Of a stretch of DNA of 64,000 nucleotides, positions 18,956 to 30,936 are shown one piece after another. Origin of the DNA: Auanema rhodensis (lineage: Eukaryota; Animalia; Nematoda); assembly GCA_964057225.1 (NCBI GenBank), contig OZ059898.1:9796001-9860000 (forward strand), given 5' to 3'. Each line of letters starts with the position of its first letter. Positions within the stretch are counted from its first letter, which is position 1. Below the pieces are notes generated by a model, which did not search any database, was not told the origin of the DNA, and saw nothing but the letters and a program-made list of their open reading frames with translations. The position numbers and the translations under genes are program-made.

Positions 18956-21953
18956 ATGTCACTCCTTTTTGTCAATCATATCAAACAATCTAACCAGTTT
19001 CTTGGAGAACTGCTTACACGATACGAGATGGAAGTGAAGGACCTTCCTGGTATTCTGGTAGATTGCGACTTTCACACTGAGGAAGAAGAGGAAACCCTCT
19101 CTTGCCTTATCATTCGCTGGACAAAAGTCCAACACCAATTCAAAGAATCGTTGAAAAATCATCAAGATAACGAGAAAAAATTCCAAAAATTTTACGAAGC
19201 ATCAGACAAAACGCTCCGTAAAGCATTAGACGAACAGTACATCGCCTTCACATCCGATGAAGACTTTGAACCCAACATTAAAAAGGTTCAAAACGCCATT
19301 ATTGAGCTTGACGAACACATCATGAAAGCCGAACGCATACTTAGAAAGCTGAGAAAAACGCTTCATAAGAATGAATCTGAGCACAACAGCAATTGCTCAA
19401 CAGAAAACAATGAAACAGAAAACAAATCGAATGATCAATTTCTGGAAATTATCAAGTCATTCCTACACATCCAACAAACTAGCATCCAAAAACCAGCGAT
19501 GTCGCTACCTACATTTGATGGCAAACCAGAGAACTTCAAATCATTCTGGGGCCGTTTTGATAGACTTGTTCATGATAATGAACAGTTTACAACCTTAGAA
19601 AAGGTAAACCTACTCTGTGAAAGCCTCAAAGGCGATTCACAAATAGCAATCAGAGGAATAGAACCCTCTGCTCAAAATTATGAGCTCATGCGTGAAGCAT
19701 TAGTTTCTGAATTTGGAGACTATTCGTCGGATATCAACTCTCTTTTAACACAACTACGTAATTTGAGATTTGCAAGCAATAATGCAAAATCATGTAAAGA
19801 AACATTTGGGGAAACCAAGGCACTTATCAGGCAAATTGAAGCAGCCGGAGCTACAGTATCCCGCGAAATGTGTACCGCGATGATTCTCAACAAATTCCCA
19901 TACCACATCGTGGAAGACATTCTAATTTATCCAAACAACTACCATTCCACTAAAGAAATGCTGACAGCTGTAGACCACAAAATCTATTCCTTTTTTCTAA
20001 AAGAACAAACAAGAAATAGTCATGAACAAAAGTTTCGAAATCCCAAAGAGAATGTCACATCTGTAGCACATAAAGAAAACTCCGTAGAACAACGGAAAAC
20101 CCAAACTTGGCCATGTGTTTTCTGCGACTCATCCGAACATCGCTTTTATCATTGCACCACATTTGAAACACCAGAGAAAAGAAGACACCGCATCCGCGGA
20201 AAGGCCATCTGTTGGATTTGTTTTTCCGAGAAACACAAAAGTTCCGAATGCAGAAAACAAAAATGTCGAAATTGCCAAGGAGACCATAATTCCTCCTTGT
20301 GCTCACAAGGAAGAAAAAACGTGCAAAATATCCAAAAAGATAAAGAAACTCCCACAATTAAAAAAGATCAGGCTTTACTGATCACCACAGAAGAATTATT
20401 GAATGAAAAAACAACAGAATATAAACAAGAATCTGACACTAATAATCGAATCCCTACTGAGGCACTTAATGCACCAGTATCGCTTAATCACATTGCCGAC
20501 ACACATAATATTGAAGAAAGTCAAGTAATATTACGAACAGCAATGGCGAACATATACAACCACAATAGTAAAAAATATGAGCAAGTACGCATGCTCATAG
20601 ATGAAGGATCCATGAGATCTTTTATATCCAAGGACTTATCCACTAAGTTAGGATTGCCCATCCTTGGTTCTCAAAAGAAAACCTTTTACGGTATCGGAGC
20701 ATTGTCCGAAACGCACGAAGTTCAGGACGTAAAGGTAATTATTGGAACCTCAAGTGGATCCCTTATCGTAACAAAACTATTCACCAAACCCATGTTAACC
20801 ACACCCATACGTTGTCCAAAACTATCTAAAGAAGACTTGAAATTTATAAAGACAAGAAAAATAAAATTAGCCAATCCACAAACAAACGGAGAATCATTTA
20901 CTCCGGATATACTGATAGGTATGGATAGATACAAACTGTTCATGCATTTAAACGAAGAAACCGAACTCCCCTCACGTATGAGATTGAAAAATTTGGTATT
21001 CGGCCACATGATACATGGAGAAGCTCCTCTTCCCGATGATAATACACAACAAGAAGTAATATTATGCTCTACAGTAGAAGAAATAACAAAAGAAACCTCT
21101 CATAAAGAACTCCTCACTAATCTGTTTGAACTGGATTCTATCGGCATCAATACAGAAAATGCCAACGCAGACCGCACTATTGATTACTATGAAGAATACT
21201 CAAAAGATATAAAAATTGAGAACAACCGCATTATTGCACCGTTCCCGTTAAAAAATAACTTCAAAAATCTTAAAAACAACAAAATGCCCGCGTACCATAG
21301 ATTCGTATCCCTATGGCGAAAGTTACTGCACAATCCAGAAATGCTCTCACACTATACTACAACCATTGAAAGTTACCTCAAAGATAACATTGTCGAACAA
21401 ATTCCCAACAATCACCAGGAGCCTTTAGAGTTTTATATGCCCCACCATGGGGTTTGGAAGCCCAGCAAGGCTAACCCTCTCAGAATCGTTTTTGACGCCT
21501 CCGCTAAACAGAAAGACAGCCCATCGTTGAATGAGATAATACACACAGGACGATCATTTATCACATATATACACGACATCATGATCTCCTGCAGAACAAG
21601 ACCAATATTAATAACATGCGATATCAAAGCCGCATTTTTACAAATACAACTGACAGAGAATCACAAAAATCTATGCAAATTCTTTTGGATAAAAAACAAA
21701 GAATACCCAATATCTCACAATAATATCATAACCCTTCGATTCAACAGATTACCGTTCGGTATCACTGCATCCCCCAGCGTATTGAACATGGGCATAAAAT
21801 GGTTCTTAGAATCAAAAGTAGACAACCCATTAGCTATGGAAATACTGAACAACTTATACGTTGACAATATCATTCTTACAGCAAATACAACAGCAGAAGC
21901 TATAAAGAAATGTAAAGAAACCCAAAAACTATTTACAGAAATAAACATGCATG
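18956..21953 (+). pseudogene. BEL unit 2 gag-PR-RT, interrupted in RT by Gypsy element A
   Basis: Near-identical to unit 1 up to ...EINMH; the sequence resumes at 31336. Confidence 0.93.
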
Positions 21954-22352
21954 TGTAATATCCTTAAGTTGGATATTAATATTCCATGATTGACCCTTAG
22001 ATTGATGTGTTGTAAAAGAAACAATAAGATTTGAGGAAGAGAGAAAGATTTATTATAAATAAAAAACATTTAAACAATAAACAAATAAAGATAAAGATAA
22101 GTCCGCCAACTGAAGATTCAGTTGAATGGCAAGCTTATATAGCGAATGTTATCAGCATTTTCCACGAAAGGTTATAAGTTGTCAATGACAATTATAACTA
22201 TCTCGGAAAATGCTGAAGCTGCAAAATATAACTGATAACATAATACACTAAGACAAGAAACTAGAATTATAAAATATAAAATATAAAACACAGAATAAAG
22301 AAATACATAAAAATTATAGAAAGAATAAAGTACATAATTATAAAGTATAACA
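21954..22352 (-). repeat. Gypsy A 3' LTR
   Basis: Direct repeat of 30937-31335. Confidence 0.96.
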
Positions 22353-22409
22353 TGCTACCGCTCTTGAAGTCCTGTGTCCTCACAGGTATGCATAAGGTTT
22401 CCAAAATTT

Positions 22410-25400
22410 TCATAATGTTGCAGCAAGCTTTTTGATGAGATCCTTATGTACTTTTCTCATCTTTCCTTGACTCATTTCCAATTCCACATATGAGTTGTAT
22501 ACGCCTGTAATTTTGAACGGTCCATTATAAGTGGGTCGCAATTTGCCGTGAATCGTCATATCCTTCAATAGTACCATTTCACCTATTTCAAATATACGTG
22601 ATGCTATTCGGTTACTATTATTCAGCCGATTTTGTTGTTCAATTGATTTTAATTGAATTTTTTCTTGAATAGAATCCCAGGTATTTTTCCGGTTCTCATT
22701 TCTTTCCAATAATTCGTCATCTTCAGGAGAATTTAGATGAGGTTGTCCTGGTAATTGACGGTCCATAGGTAGGCGTGCGTCTCTTCCAAATAAAGCAATG
22801 TATGGGCTGATTCCGGTAGTTGTACTTGGGATTGTATTTAACGCGAATGTGATTTTAGGTAATTGTGAGGCCCATTGAGAGACACGGTTTTCAGCACAAG
22901 TGGATAAACATTCCTGGATGGTTCGATGTAGTCGTTCCACTTGACCGTTTGTATTTTTGTGATATGGCAGAGAGAAGGTTTGTACAATTCCAAATTCGTT
23001 GCACATTAACTTGAATTCTTTAGATATAAAATTTCCTCCATTGTCAGACACGATGCTCACTGGTGGTCCAAAAATGAAGACGAAATTCGTCAGGAACTTT
23101 CGGACTGTTTCTTCGGCATTCTGTGTGCGTAAAGGTATGCTCGTTATCCATTTCGAAAAAGCATCTTGAATAGAAAGAATATATTTAAATCCATTAGTGC
23201 TAGGGGAAAAAGGTCCTGTCACATCCATATAAATCCTATCAAATGGTTTTTGTGGGGTAACAAACTTTCCATATGGTTCTCTCGTTGTATCATGTTGATT
23301 TATTTTCCTTTTTGCGCATGTCAGGCATTGGCTGACGATCTCTTTCGCATCTTCCATCATATTTGTCCAATGGAATCTTCTTGATAATGCTGCATGTGTT
23401 CTTTTGATTCCTTGATGCGCTCCAATTCTTGCGTCTTCATGAAAAAGTTTCGCAAGTACTTGATTCAATGTCTTTTGTTTTGGAATCATAATCCTTGGAG
23501 AAAGATATTGTTTGTTAGGTCGAGCATGTAAAACTCCGTCGATAACAATATATCTATCGCTATTAATCTGTTTAGGTTGTTCCGTTAACATATCAGCAAT
23601 AGTTTCCTTAATCCATGGTGTTCCTTGTTGTAACTGAATTAGTTTGTCGGTATCCAGAGTTTCCACATTGGTTACATTTATGAGATAGTTGATGGTTTCT
23701 TGGATATCCGTTAAACTTGTTGTTGGCGTTGTCTTCTGTAGCTTCGGTTTAGGACCATCGTTAGCTTCGTTGCCTATGTATCTGGATAGTGCATCACATA
23801 CACTATTCATACGTCCTGGACGGTACATAATCACAATATCATATTCCTGGATCATTAACTGATATTTCGCTAGTCTTCCAATAAGATCTCTTCTACTCAT
23901 TAGACTGGTTAGTGGTCGATGATCCGTTATTAGCTTAGTTGACGTGCCTAAAACATATGTGCGAAATTGTTGTAATGCGTAGACGAGTGCCAAAGCTTCT
24001 AATTCGATAGGTGGGTATTTTCTTTCTGTAGGTGAGAGCTTCCTACTTGCGAACGCAACAGGGTGTAATCCATTTCCTGTATCTTGTAGTAAGACTGCTC
24101 CAATTGCAATAGTACTAGCGTCACTTTCAATAACAAAAGGTGCTCCATTTGTTGGTGGCTTCAGAACTGGTGCTGTGCATAGAGCTTTCTTGAGAGTCTC
24201 GAATGCTTTTTCACGTTCTTCCGTCCATTCGAAATCTTGATCCTTGTGTGTGAGTTGATACAACGGTTCGGCTATTTTGGCGTAGTCTCTGATGAATCGC
24301 CGAAAATAATTTGTCATTCCAAGGAATGAACGAATAGCGGTGACCGTTTTAGGAGTTGGAAATTTCATAACGGCTGTAATTTTTGATGGATCAGGTTGTA
24401 TTCCATCACGACCAATTATAAATCCAAGAAATTTAACTTGTGTAGCTGCAAATTTGCATTTACTTAGTTTTGCTTTCATTCCTAATCCTTGTAAAGCTTG
24501 TAACACTTCTTCTATATCCTCCAGATGTTGTTCAGCTGTGTTTGATATAATGAGTAGATCATCCAGATAAACAAAAAGTCGACATTTTACTTGATTTTGC
24601 AAATAGCGAACAGCTGATTGAAATGTATGTGGAGCTCCACAGAGACCCATCGGCATTCTGCAATATTGATAAACTCCTGATGAGGTCACAAATGCAGTGA
24701 GGTGACGGTCTTCTTCACGTAAAGGAATTTGAAAAAATCCCGATACGAGATCGATGTTTGTGAAGTATCGAGCTCCTGCAGTGCTGTCGATTATTTCTGG
24801 TATATGAGGAATAGAATAAGTCTGTTTCTGTGTGACACTATTGAGTGCACGGAAGTCCGTTACAAAGCGGAATGAGTTGTCTTTCTTCTTGACTAAGACG
24901 ACTGGACTTGTAAAACTTGATGTTGATGTTTCTATTACTCCTTGGTCCAGCATTTCTTTTACTTGACGTTCAACTTCATCCTGTTTACCCAAAGGAACTC
25001 GATATGATCGAGATTTGGGCAGGTCCATATCGGTTCTCAAAGTGATTGAATGTTGTATTGGTCCTTTGAATAATCCAATGTTCCGATCTTCGTTAAAAAA
25101 AGCATTTTTGAATCTTCTCAACATAGTTTTGAGATTTTGACGTTGATTTTTAGATAGATCCGTTGATTCGAATTTTAAGTTATCGAAAGGATTCTTCTCA
25201 AAAATAGGCAATTTATCTGACCAATCAGCTTCTGGTGGAATATAGTCCGGTATATGTGGGATTCCAATTTCTTCTGCTATTTTTCCTTTTCCAATAATGG
25301 TGTTTCCTGTTAACTTCACCTCATAATTTGCTGTATTGATGGCGAATATTGTGAGTGGTGAAGTCTTGATAGCAGTAGGTGTGAATTGAATAGGTCCATT

Positions 25401-28400
25401 TCCACATCGTATAAGAGCGTATTGTTTTGGTTGTAGTTCTTTTGCCAATTGTAGACGAATCATAGCTTTAGTTCGGGGTGGAATAATAGATTCTCTAATG
25501 TTTATAATTGAAACGGTGTCTGAACTGATGCGAAAGCTCTTCTGGTTAGCGGATAATAATGGTAGAAAATGGTTTCCAACTATTAATTGCTTGCGTAGAG
25601 CTTGTAGAGAAGTTGTTATTCCTTTTTCTTCTAATGCTTTCATGATGTCCAAACCAAGTAACATTTCAGTAGGACAATGTTTATCCTCAGAGATTAAAAA
25701 TGTGTGTGAAAGATGGTATCCAGCAATAACAATGTCCAACGTTATTGTACCCAGAAAGTTGAATATTGATCCATTTGCTGCGGTGGCAGAGATTTTAGTT
25801 GAGTTGAAATTCTCTTTTCCTAAATAGCGTACTGATGATTCCTTCAAATATGAAACAGATGCTCCGCTATCCCATAAAGCTACGAGTCCTCTGCCTTCTG
25901 CTTCGATTCTTATATATGGGAGTTCTCTTTTGTTTGTTGCACAGCATCCAACAAAAGGTATAATAATAGGAATAAAAGTGATGACAGTAGGAAAATATCT
26001 TCGAATAGTTTCATCGTCGGCTGGAACATCGATGTCAGCGTTGAGTAGTTCGTGTTGTTCAACTGCATTCACATTTAAGATAGGAACTTTCTCTTTGATA
26101 TAAGATACAACAATAATGTATAATGCTGATCCAAAGATTAATATAACTATCATAACACCTGCAGAGATAAACATTCTGTTGAGGGATCCAGCAAAGAAAT
26201 CAACTCCTCGTTCCCATAGTGATGATGCAATATTTTGAGTAGAACTAAAAAGTTCGTTACTTTTTGTAAACCATTCTGATAAGCCTGGCAAATTCGCTTG
26301 ATTCGTGATAACTCGTAGAAAATTTCTATGAGGATTGGTAGCGAAAATGTGTCCATATGTTAAGCTTATTGTTCTAACTAAGTTTTCATCGGTGATATTT
26401 TCATAAAGATTTCTTTGTGAAAATCGAATGGCTGCTAGATCGGGATACTGATCTGAACCAATGTTTAAAGCAGTTACGTTTGTAACTCCGTTGAGGGATT
26501 TCCATTCTCCATCCTCTTTCCATATATCATTTTCTACTGTTTCACATGGAATTTCAGTTCCATATGCTTCCAAATCTGCTGAATCTTGAGGTGCAAAGTA
26601 GAGGCGGTCATCATCCGTGATGACGGGTGTTTCTAAATAACACTTATCCTTGTATGTGTGGTTGCGATAAATGTGAATTGGTTCTATTGGCTGACAGGTT
26701 GAAACCCGAATAAGATTCCGTCCAATTATTCGAGCCACTACATCATCTCGTTGCATAATAGATCGGATAGCAATCGTAGGATTGATATTAAATATAGCTT
26801 GCCATGTCTTAATAAGTTCAAGTTGAGCATGACATATGCTGTGATGTTGATGATGAAATTCTTCGACCAGTATGGTTCTCATTCGTTCAAATCCATAGTT
26901 GAGTTTGTTGATGGTAGTTAATGCATCTCGATGTCGAAGTATAGTATTCTGGTGATCAGTTAAGTGAGTGCCGAATAATTCTTGAGCTTTCTCTATGCTT
27001 CCAATCATGGGTTGCATTGATGTCATCCCTTGAATAGTACTAATTGTTTGTTTTGTAGTAGATGATGTATTTACAACAGGTTTTGAGGTAGCACTAAGAA
27101 ATCGTGCAGTTGGCGTAGTTTTAGTGGTGATAGAGCGACTGAATACTCTTTTTGTAATCTCTTCAGGTGCTGGTTTTGAAAACCATGACATTAAATCAGT
27201 TAATTGTTTAGCGTCAATATTGATGTTACGGCTGTAGAGATCTTCTTTATTCGAAGGCATCGGTATTCCAAAATTGGTTTCTCGGTTTCTGAGTGTCCAG
27301 TTATCCAACAGCTTTAATTTCATTTCATATACTTGATCTTTCACTTGTCGTTGCATAAAATGACTATGAAAGAACAGTTTCATTCGATAATATTCTATCA
27401 GTTGAGGTTGAGAATACTGATAGCGTAGTTCACGAAGTAATTCTTTTGCTTTATATACCACAGAACGTGGATCTCCAAATGTGAAGTTGAGATGGTTTTG
27501 ATATACTGTGAATATCAAAAATTCGAGTGGTGGCACATATTCTGTTTCGGATAAGATTGCAGGTATTTGTATCAATTCCCATAATTTATCTCTTGCAACC
27601 GAAATTGTAGAATTGCCTGGTTTAACTATTCTTTTTATATAATTGATAGGAAGTCGGTGTGCTAGTTGACCGATGACAAAACTAGGCTCCATTTGTTCGA
27701 TCCACATTTTTGTAATCATCTTGCTTTCTTCTCCTCCTAGAGCATGTAGTAAGAGAATATTCGGATCGCGGAAGTCTTTTAAATTTGCCCAGTAATCTAT
27801 AGTATGATCAGTAATGTTCAAAATATGGACAGCTGACAGCAAAAATTGATGATATCGAGCAATAACAGTCAGGTTCTGATATTCGTTGCTAACTGATTGA
27901 TAGTGATACCAGTTATGAATATATCGTATGGTATTTCCGCCAGACGTGACAGTATATCTAGCAAACGGTAGATCCAATATTTGAATAGGAGTTAACTTAT
28001 ATTCCATTTCTGAGCGAAATGACGCAATTAAGGATGAATTTGTTGAACGTTTATAGCGTTGGCGTGAAGGATCCATTTGATTATCCAAATAACTTGTTAG
28101 ATCCAGTAGAGAATATGCATGCGGATAATCAATAAACGAGACAAGAGTCTCAGTAGTGGATTCAAAAATTGGTGAAGAAAAACAAGATTGAGTTGTAGTA
28201 GATGCTGAGGTGTTGGCTAAGACAAGTGCTGTTTCTAGACTTGATATTAGCAGTGTTTGATCTCCAAGTATTCCATACAGAGGTCCAATACGTGTGTATT
28301 GGCATGGTGCTCGGGGTGTGGGTGGTTTCCAAACTACTGAACCATCTCCAAATGTACAGCTTCCCATTTGAGCTTTACAGCCTTCGGCGTTGACAATTAA

Positions 28401-29936
28401 GTCAGATACAATAGTATTGTCCTTTAAATTTGTAATAACTCCTCGCTCCATCACAAATTGAGTTAAGTTGGCGCATTGAGTAAAACTGAAGAAACGTTCC
28501 GGTTCATATACTGGCTTAGGAGCTTCATATGTAAGTGGATTAGCGCTCAACAGTTTTTCATTTTTCCATTTCTTGTCTCGAGCAGCTATACGGCATTCTT
28601 CTACAGATACATATCCATTACCAATGATGGTGTCATTGCTTTCTCGGAACCAAAATTGATCCGTTACACATAATCGATAGATGCGTGTATAACATTTCCA
28701 CGCTTCCCATGTTACGACGGTTTGTTTAGGAATGAACAATTCAACGTTAACTTGATGAGCTTGTTGAATTGCTTTCCGTTGGCATCCTGTTATCTTTGGT
28801 GGTGTCATCAGAATTCCTCCTTTATGAGCTAAACATAGTTGATATGAAGCATTCACAGTGGGAAGCAGAAATGTGCAGATTATTGTTGTGAGCAGGAATG
28901 GTAATGCAATAGTATTTATATTGAATCGAGGTTTCCATCGTCGTTGATTGCCTTGATTCTCTCTTGGATAATTGTCGCGATTATTCCTGGCAAAGTTGTC
29001 TCGGTTTTCTCTTTGATAATTGTTGCGAGGTTCTCTCGAATGGTGATTACTCTCCATTGAGTAGTTGTTTCCATAATTTTGTCGAGGGCCAGAGTTCCTG
29101 CTGAATTTATTTTTGAAATTCTTCCAAGGGTTTCTTGAATTGTTGCCATTGTTCCGTTCGAAATCTCGTGGCTGCTGATGGTTCCTTTGGTTCCTATTTT
29201 CCTTCATGGTGATCTTCTGAACTGCAGAGATCAACTCTTGCATAGTTGAGTTTTCTTCATGCTGTTTTTTATAGTTAGCACGAATTGCTTCTTCAAAACG
29301 TGCTGTCCTTTTTGCTTCCTCATAAGTCTTCGGATCTTTTCCTTGAACAATTATGCCTAAATCAGCGTTCAATCCATTTAAGAAAGCTGATCTTAATATG
29401 AGCTCTCTTTCTCGATCAGTTGGGCTCATAATACTGGAAGCCATTTCTTCCAAGTATGAGGCAAACTGAGTAACAGTTTTCTCTCCTTGCGTCGAGCGTA
29501 GCAACTTCGCGATCGTGAAATTCCTTTCCGTGGCAGGGCAAAGTAACTCTGCCAATTGTGAAACAAGGTCTTTCCAAGGTCCTCGTTCACGAATTTCGGA
29601 AGGAATCGAGTTATATGCAGAGATCGCAGAATCATTCTGCTGAAGCAGCAGAGGAAGAAGAAAAATTCTTTCAATTACAGAAAGTCCCGCAGCATTCGCG
29701 AATCGGTTAAATATATCGATGTACGATCGAAAGCTTCGGCTACCATCGTATTTGGGGCAGTGTGGACTGCCTAGAACTTTTGTTAAGTTTTTGGTCAACT
29801 CTGGAGATGCCATTAAATTAGGCGTTTCCAGAGTTGAATCTCTGTTTGATTGCTCATGTGGTCTCATGTTGAGTAGGAGCTTCAGAGGTAGTTTTTCGCG
29901 CTGGGGAGTTTTTTCTTTTTTCGGTGTTACAGCCAA
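22410..29936 (-). CDS. Gypsy A single polyprotein: Gag - gB-like glycoprotein - PR - RT - RNase H - IN
   Basis: PKYDG...FLNGL capsid; signal peptide ~28910-28848; RQRYKR; TM ~26174-26098; LWDSGAS; YLDD; SDAS/TDH/DALSR; HQG..CLTC, DDE, GPF. The frame is open from 30113 and the first ATG is at 29867. Confidence 0.95.
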   Translation of the reverse strand: MAVTPKKEKTPQREKLPLKLLLNMRPHEQSNRDSTLETPNLMASPELTKNLTKVLGSPHCPKYDGSRSFRSYIDIFNRFANAAGLSVIERIFLLPLLLQQNDSAISAYNSIPSEIRERGPWKDLVSQLAELLCPATERNFTIAKLLRSTQGEKTVTQFASYLEEMASSIMSPTDRERELILRSAFLNGLNADLGIIVQGKDPKTYEEAKRTARFEEAIRANYKKQHEENSTMQELISAVQKITMKENRNQRNHQQPRDFERNNGNNSRNPWKNFKNKFSRNSGPRQNYGNNYSMESNHHSREPRNNYQRENRDNFARNNRDNYPRENQGNQRRWKPRFNINTIALPFLLTTIICTFLLPTVNASYQLCLAHKGGILMTPPKITGCQRKAIQQAHQVNVELFIPKQTVVTWEAWKCYTRIYRLCVTDQFWFRESNDTIIGNGYVSVEECRIAARDKKWKNEKLLSANPLTYEAPKPVYEPERFFSFTQCANLTQFVMERGVITNLKDNTIVSDLIVNAEGCKAQMGSCTFGDGSVVWKPPTPRAPCQYTRIGPLYGILGDQTLLISSLETALVLANTSASTTTQSCFSSPIFESTTETLVSFIDYPHAYSLLDLTSYLDNQMDPSRQRYKRSTNSSLIASFRSEMEYKLTPIQILDLPFARYTVTSGGNTIRYIHNWYHYQSVSNEYQNLTVIARYHQFLLSAVHILNITDHTIDYWANLKDFRDPNILLLHALGGEESKMITKMWIEQMEPSFVIGQLAHRLPINYIKRIVKPGNSTISVARDKLWELIQIPAILSETEYVPPLEFLIFTVYQNHLNFTFGDPRSVVYKAKELLRELRYQYSQPQLIEYYRMKLFFHSHFMQRQVKDQVYEMKLKLLDNWTLRNRETNFGIPMPSNKEDLYSRNINIDAKQLTDLMSWFSKPAPEEITKRVFSRSITTKTTPTARFLSATSKPVVNTSSTTKQTISTIQGMTSMQPMIGSIEKAQELFGTHLTDHQNTILRHRDALTTINKLNYGFERMRTILVEEFHHQHHSICHAQLELIKTWQAIFNINPTIAIRSIMQRDDVVARIIGRNLIRVSTCQPIEPIHIYRNHTYKDKCYLETPVITDDDRLYFAPQDSADLEAYGTEIPCETVENDIWKEDGEWKSLNGVTNVTALNIGSDQYPDLAAIRFSQRNLYENITDENLVRTISLTYGHIFATNPHRNFLRVITNQANLPGLSEWFTKSNELFSSTQNIASSLWERGVDFFAGSLNRMFISAGVMIVILIFGSALYIIVVSYIKEKVPILNVNAVEQHELLNADIDVPADDETIRRYFPTVITFIPIIIPFVGCCATNKRELPYIRIEAEGRGLVALWDSGASVSYLKESSVRYLGKENFNSTKISATAANGSIFNFLGTITLDIVIAGYHLSHTFLISEDKHCPTEMLLGLDIMKALEEKGITTSLQALRKQLIVGNHFLPLLSANQKSFRISSDTVSIINIRESIIPPRTKAMIRLQLAKELQPKQYALIRCGNGPIQFTPTAIKTSPLTIFAINTANYEVKLTGNTIIGKGKIAEEIGIPHIPDYIPPEADWSDKLPIFEKNPFDNLKFESTDLSKNQRQNLKTMLRRFKNAFFNEDRNIGLFKGPIQHSITLRTDMDLPKSRSYRVPLGKQDEVERQVKEMLDQGVIETSTSSFTSPVVLVKKKDNSFRFVTDFRALNSVTQKQTYSIPHIPEIIDSTAGARYFTNIDLVSGFFQIPLREEDRHLTAFVTSSGVYQYCRMPMGLCGAPHTFQSAVRYLQNQVKCRLFVYLDDLLIISNTAEQHLEDIEEVLQALQGLGMKAKLSKCKFAATQVKFLGFIIGRDGIQPDPSKITAVMKFPTPKTVTAIRSFLGMTNYFRRFIRDYAKIAEPLYQLTHKDQDFEWTEEREKAFETLKKALCTAPVLKPPTNGAPFVIESDASTIAIGAVLLQDTGNGLHPVAFASRKLSPTERKYPPIELEALALVYALQQFRTYVLGTSTKLITDHRPLTSLMSRRDLIGRLAKYQLMIQEYDIVIMYRPGRMNSVCDALSRYIGNEANDGPKPKLQKTTPTTSLTDIQETINYLINVTNVETLDTDKLIQLQQGTPWIKETIADMLTEQPKQINSDRYIVIDGVLHARPNKQYLSPRIMIPKQKTLNQVLAKLFHEDARIGAHQGIKRTHAALSRRFHWTNMMEDAKEIVSQCLTCAKRKINQHDTTREPYGKFVTPQKPFDRIYMDVTGPFSPSTNGFKYILSIQDAFSKWITSIPLRTQNAEETVRKFLTNFVFIFGPPVSIVSDNGGNFISKEFKLMCNEFGIVQTFSLPYHKNTNGQVERLHRTIQECLSTCAENRVSQWASQLPKITFALNTIPSTTTGISPYIALFGRDARLPMDRQLPGQPHLNSPEDDELLERNENRKNTWDSIQEKIQLKSIEQQNRLNNSNRIASRIFEIGEMVLLKDMTIHGKLRPTYNGPFKITGVYNSYVELEMSQGKMRKVHKDLIKKLAATL

Positions 29937-30923
29937 GTGTGTTGGCGTTTTTTCGTCGTCCGATGGACTTAAATCGTTGTCAAACGAGTCGTCACTATCG
30001 GGAAAAGGAAATCGAGAAATACGATTTCTCTTGTCTCTTAATCTTTGAGAGGTACGGAAAGGCGTATCCGTATAATTATTCTTGGAGGTTGCCGTTTTGG
30101 AAAAGGAGGAAAGTCAGAACAATCTACAATGTAAAATAGTGGAATAAGTTAGTAAACAAGATAAGAATATGAATAGTTAATAGTGAATAAATTAGTGAAT
30201 AACGTGAAAAAAAAAATCAAAGAAAAAAAAGATATATAATAATATGGGTTGAAGATTAATTAATTAATGAACTCATACAAAAACAAACTATAGAGAGGAA
30301 AAAAAAAAAGATGTGAATATAATTAATTGTTAAGATGATGATAGGATATGATTATGTGACAATGTGATTCATAAATTAGAGAAGTGAGTATGGCGGACAA
30401 ATCAAAATCTCAATTGTTACTGAATAACAATGAATTACCAAACAAGGCATCTTTCAAATTCCAAAGTCTTTGTTTCAACTTGAATCAACAATCAAAAAAT
30501 TATGAGAGGAAGGTTTAAATTCAAATATGACAAATGATACAGCGGATGTTATTTTCTTACAGTGGCCATTCTGTTAGTACAAACTTGTAATCTTTATCAA
30601 AAATATCGCAAATTGACTTTATTAAGGTCCAATTTTGCTTATATCAAACAGCTTTTCCATTTCCAAAAAATATATATTTTTCGCCACAATGAAAAATCAA
30701 AAGTACAACTGCGCAGAAACAAAAAGAAATCGAAAAGTTGGCCAATTCAGTATCTCACCCTTGCGCAAAATATCAACCCTGTTTATTAAAAAAATGAGTG
30801 AGACCCTTCGTACTGAATTGGAAAGAGAGGTGGTAGCCCAGGGAAATAGCTCAAAAAAATTCTCTTTAACTGAATGATAATTCATAATTTAATCGAGTTC
30901 GAAAAATCGTAAAAAGATTCTAA

Positions 30924-30936
30924 GGTGGAACCTCCA
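30924..30936 (-). promoter_or_regulatory. Gypsy A PBS, complementary to the tRNA-Gln 3' end
   Basis: TGGAGGTTCCACC directly follows the 5' LTR; metazoan tRNA-Gln ends ...GGUGGAACCU-CCA. Confidence 0.85.
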
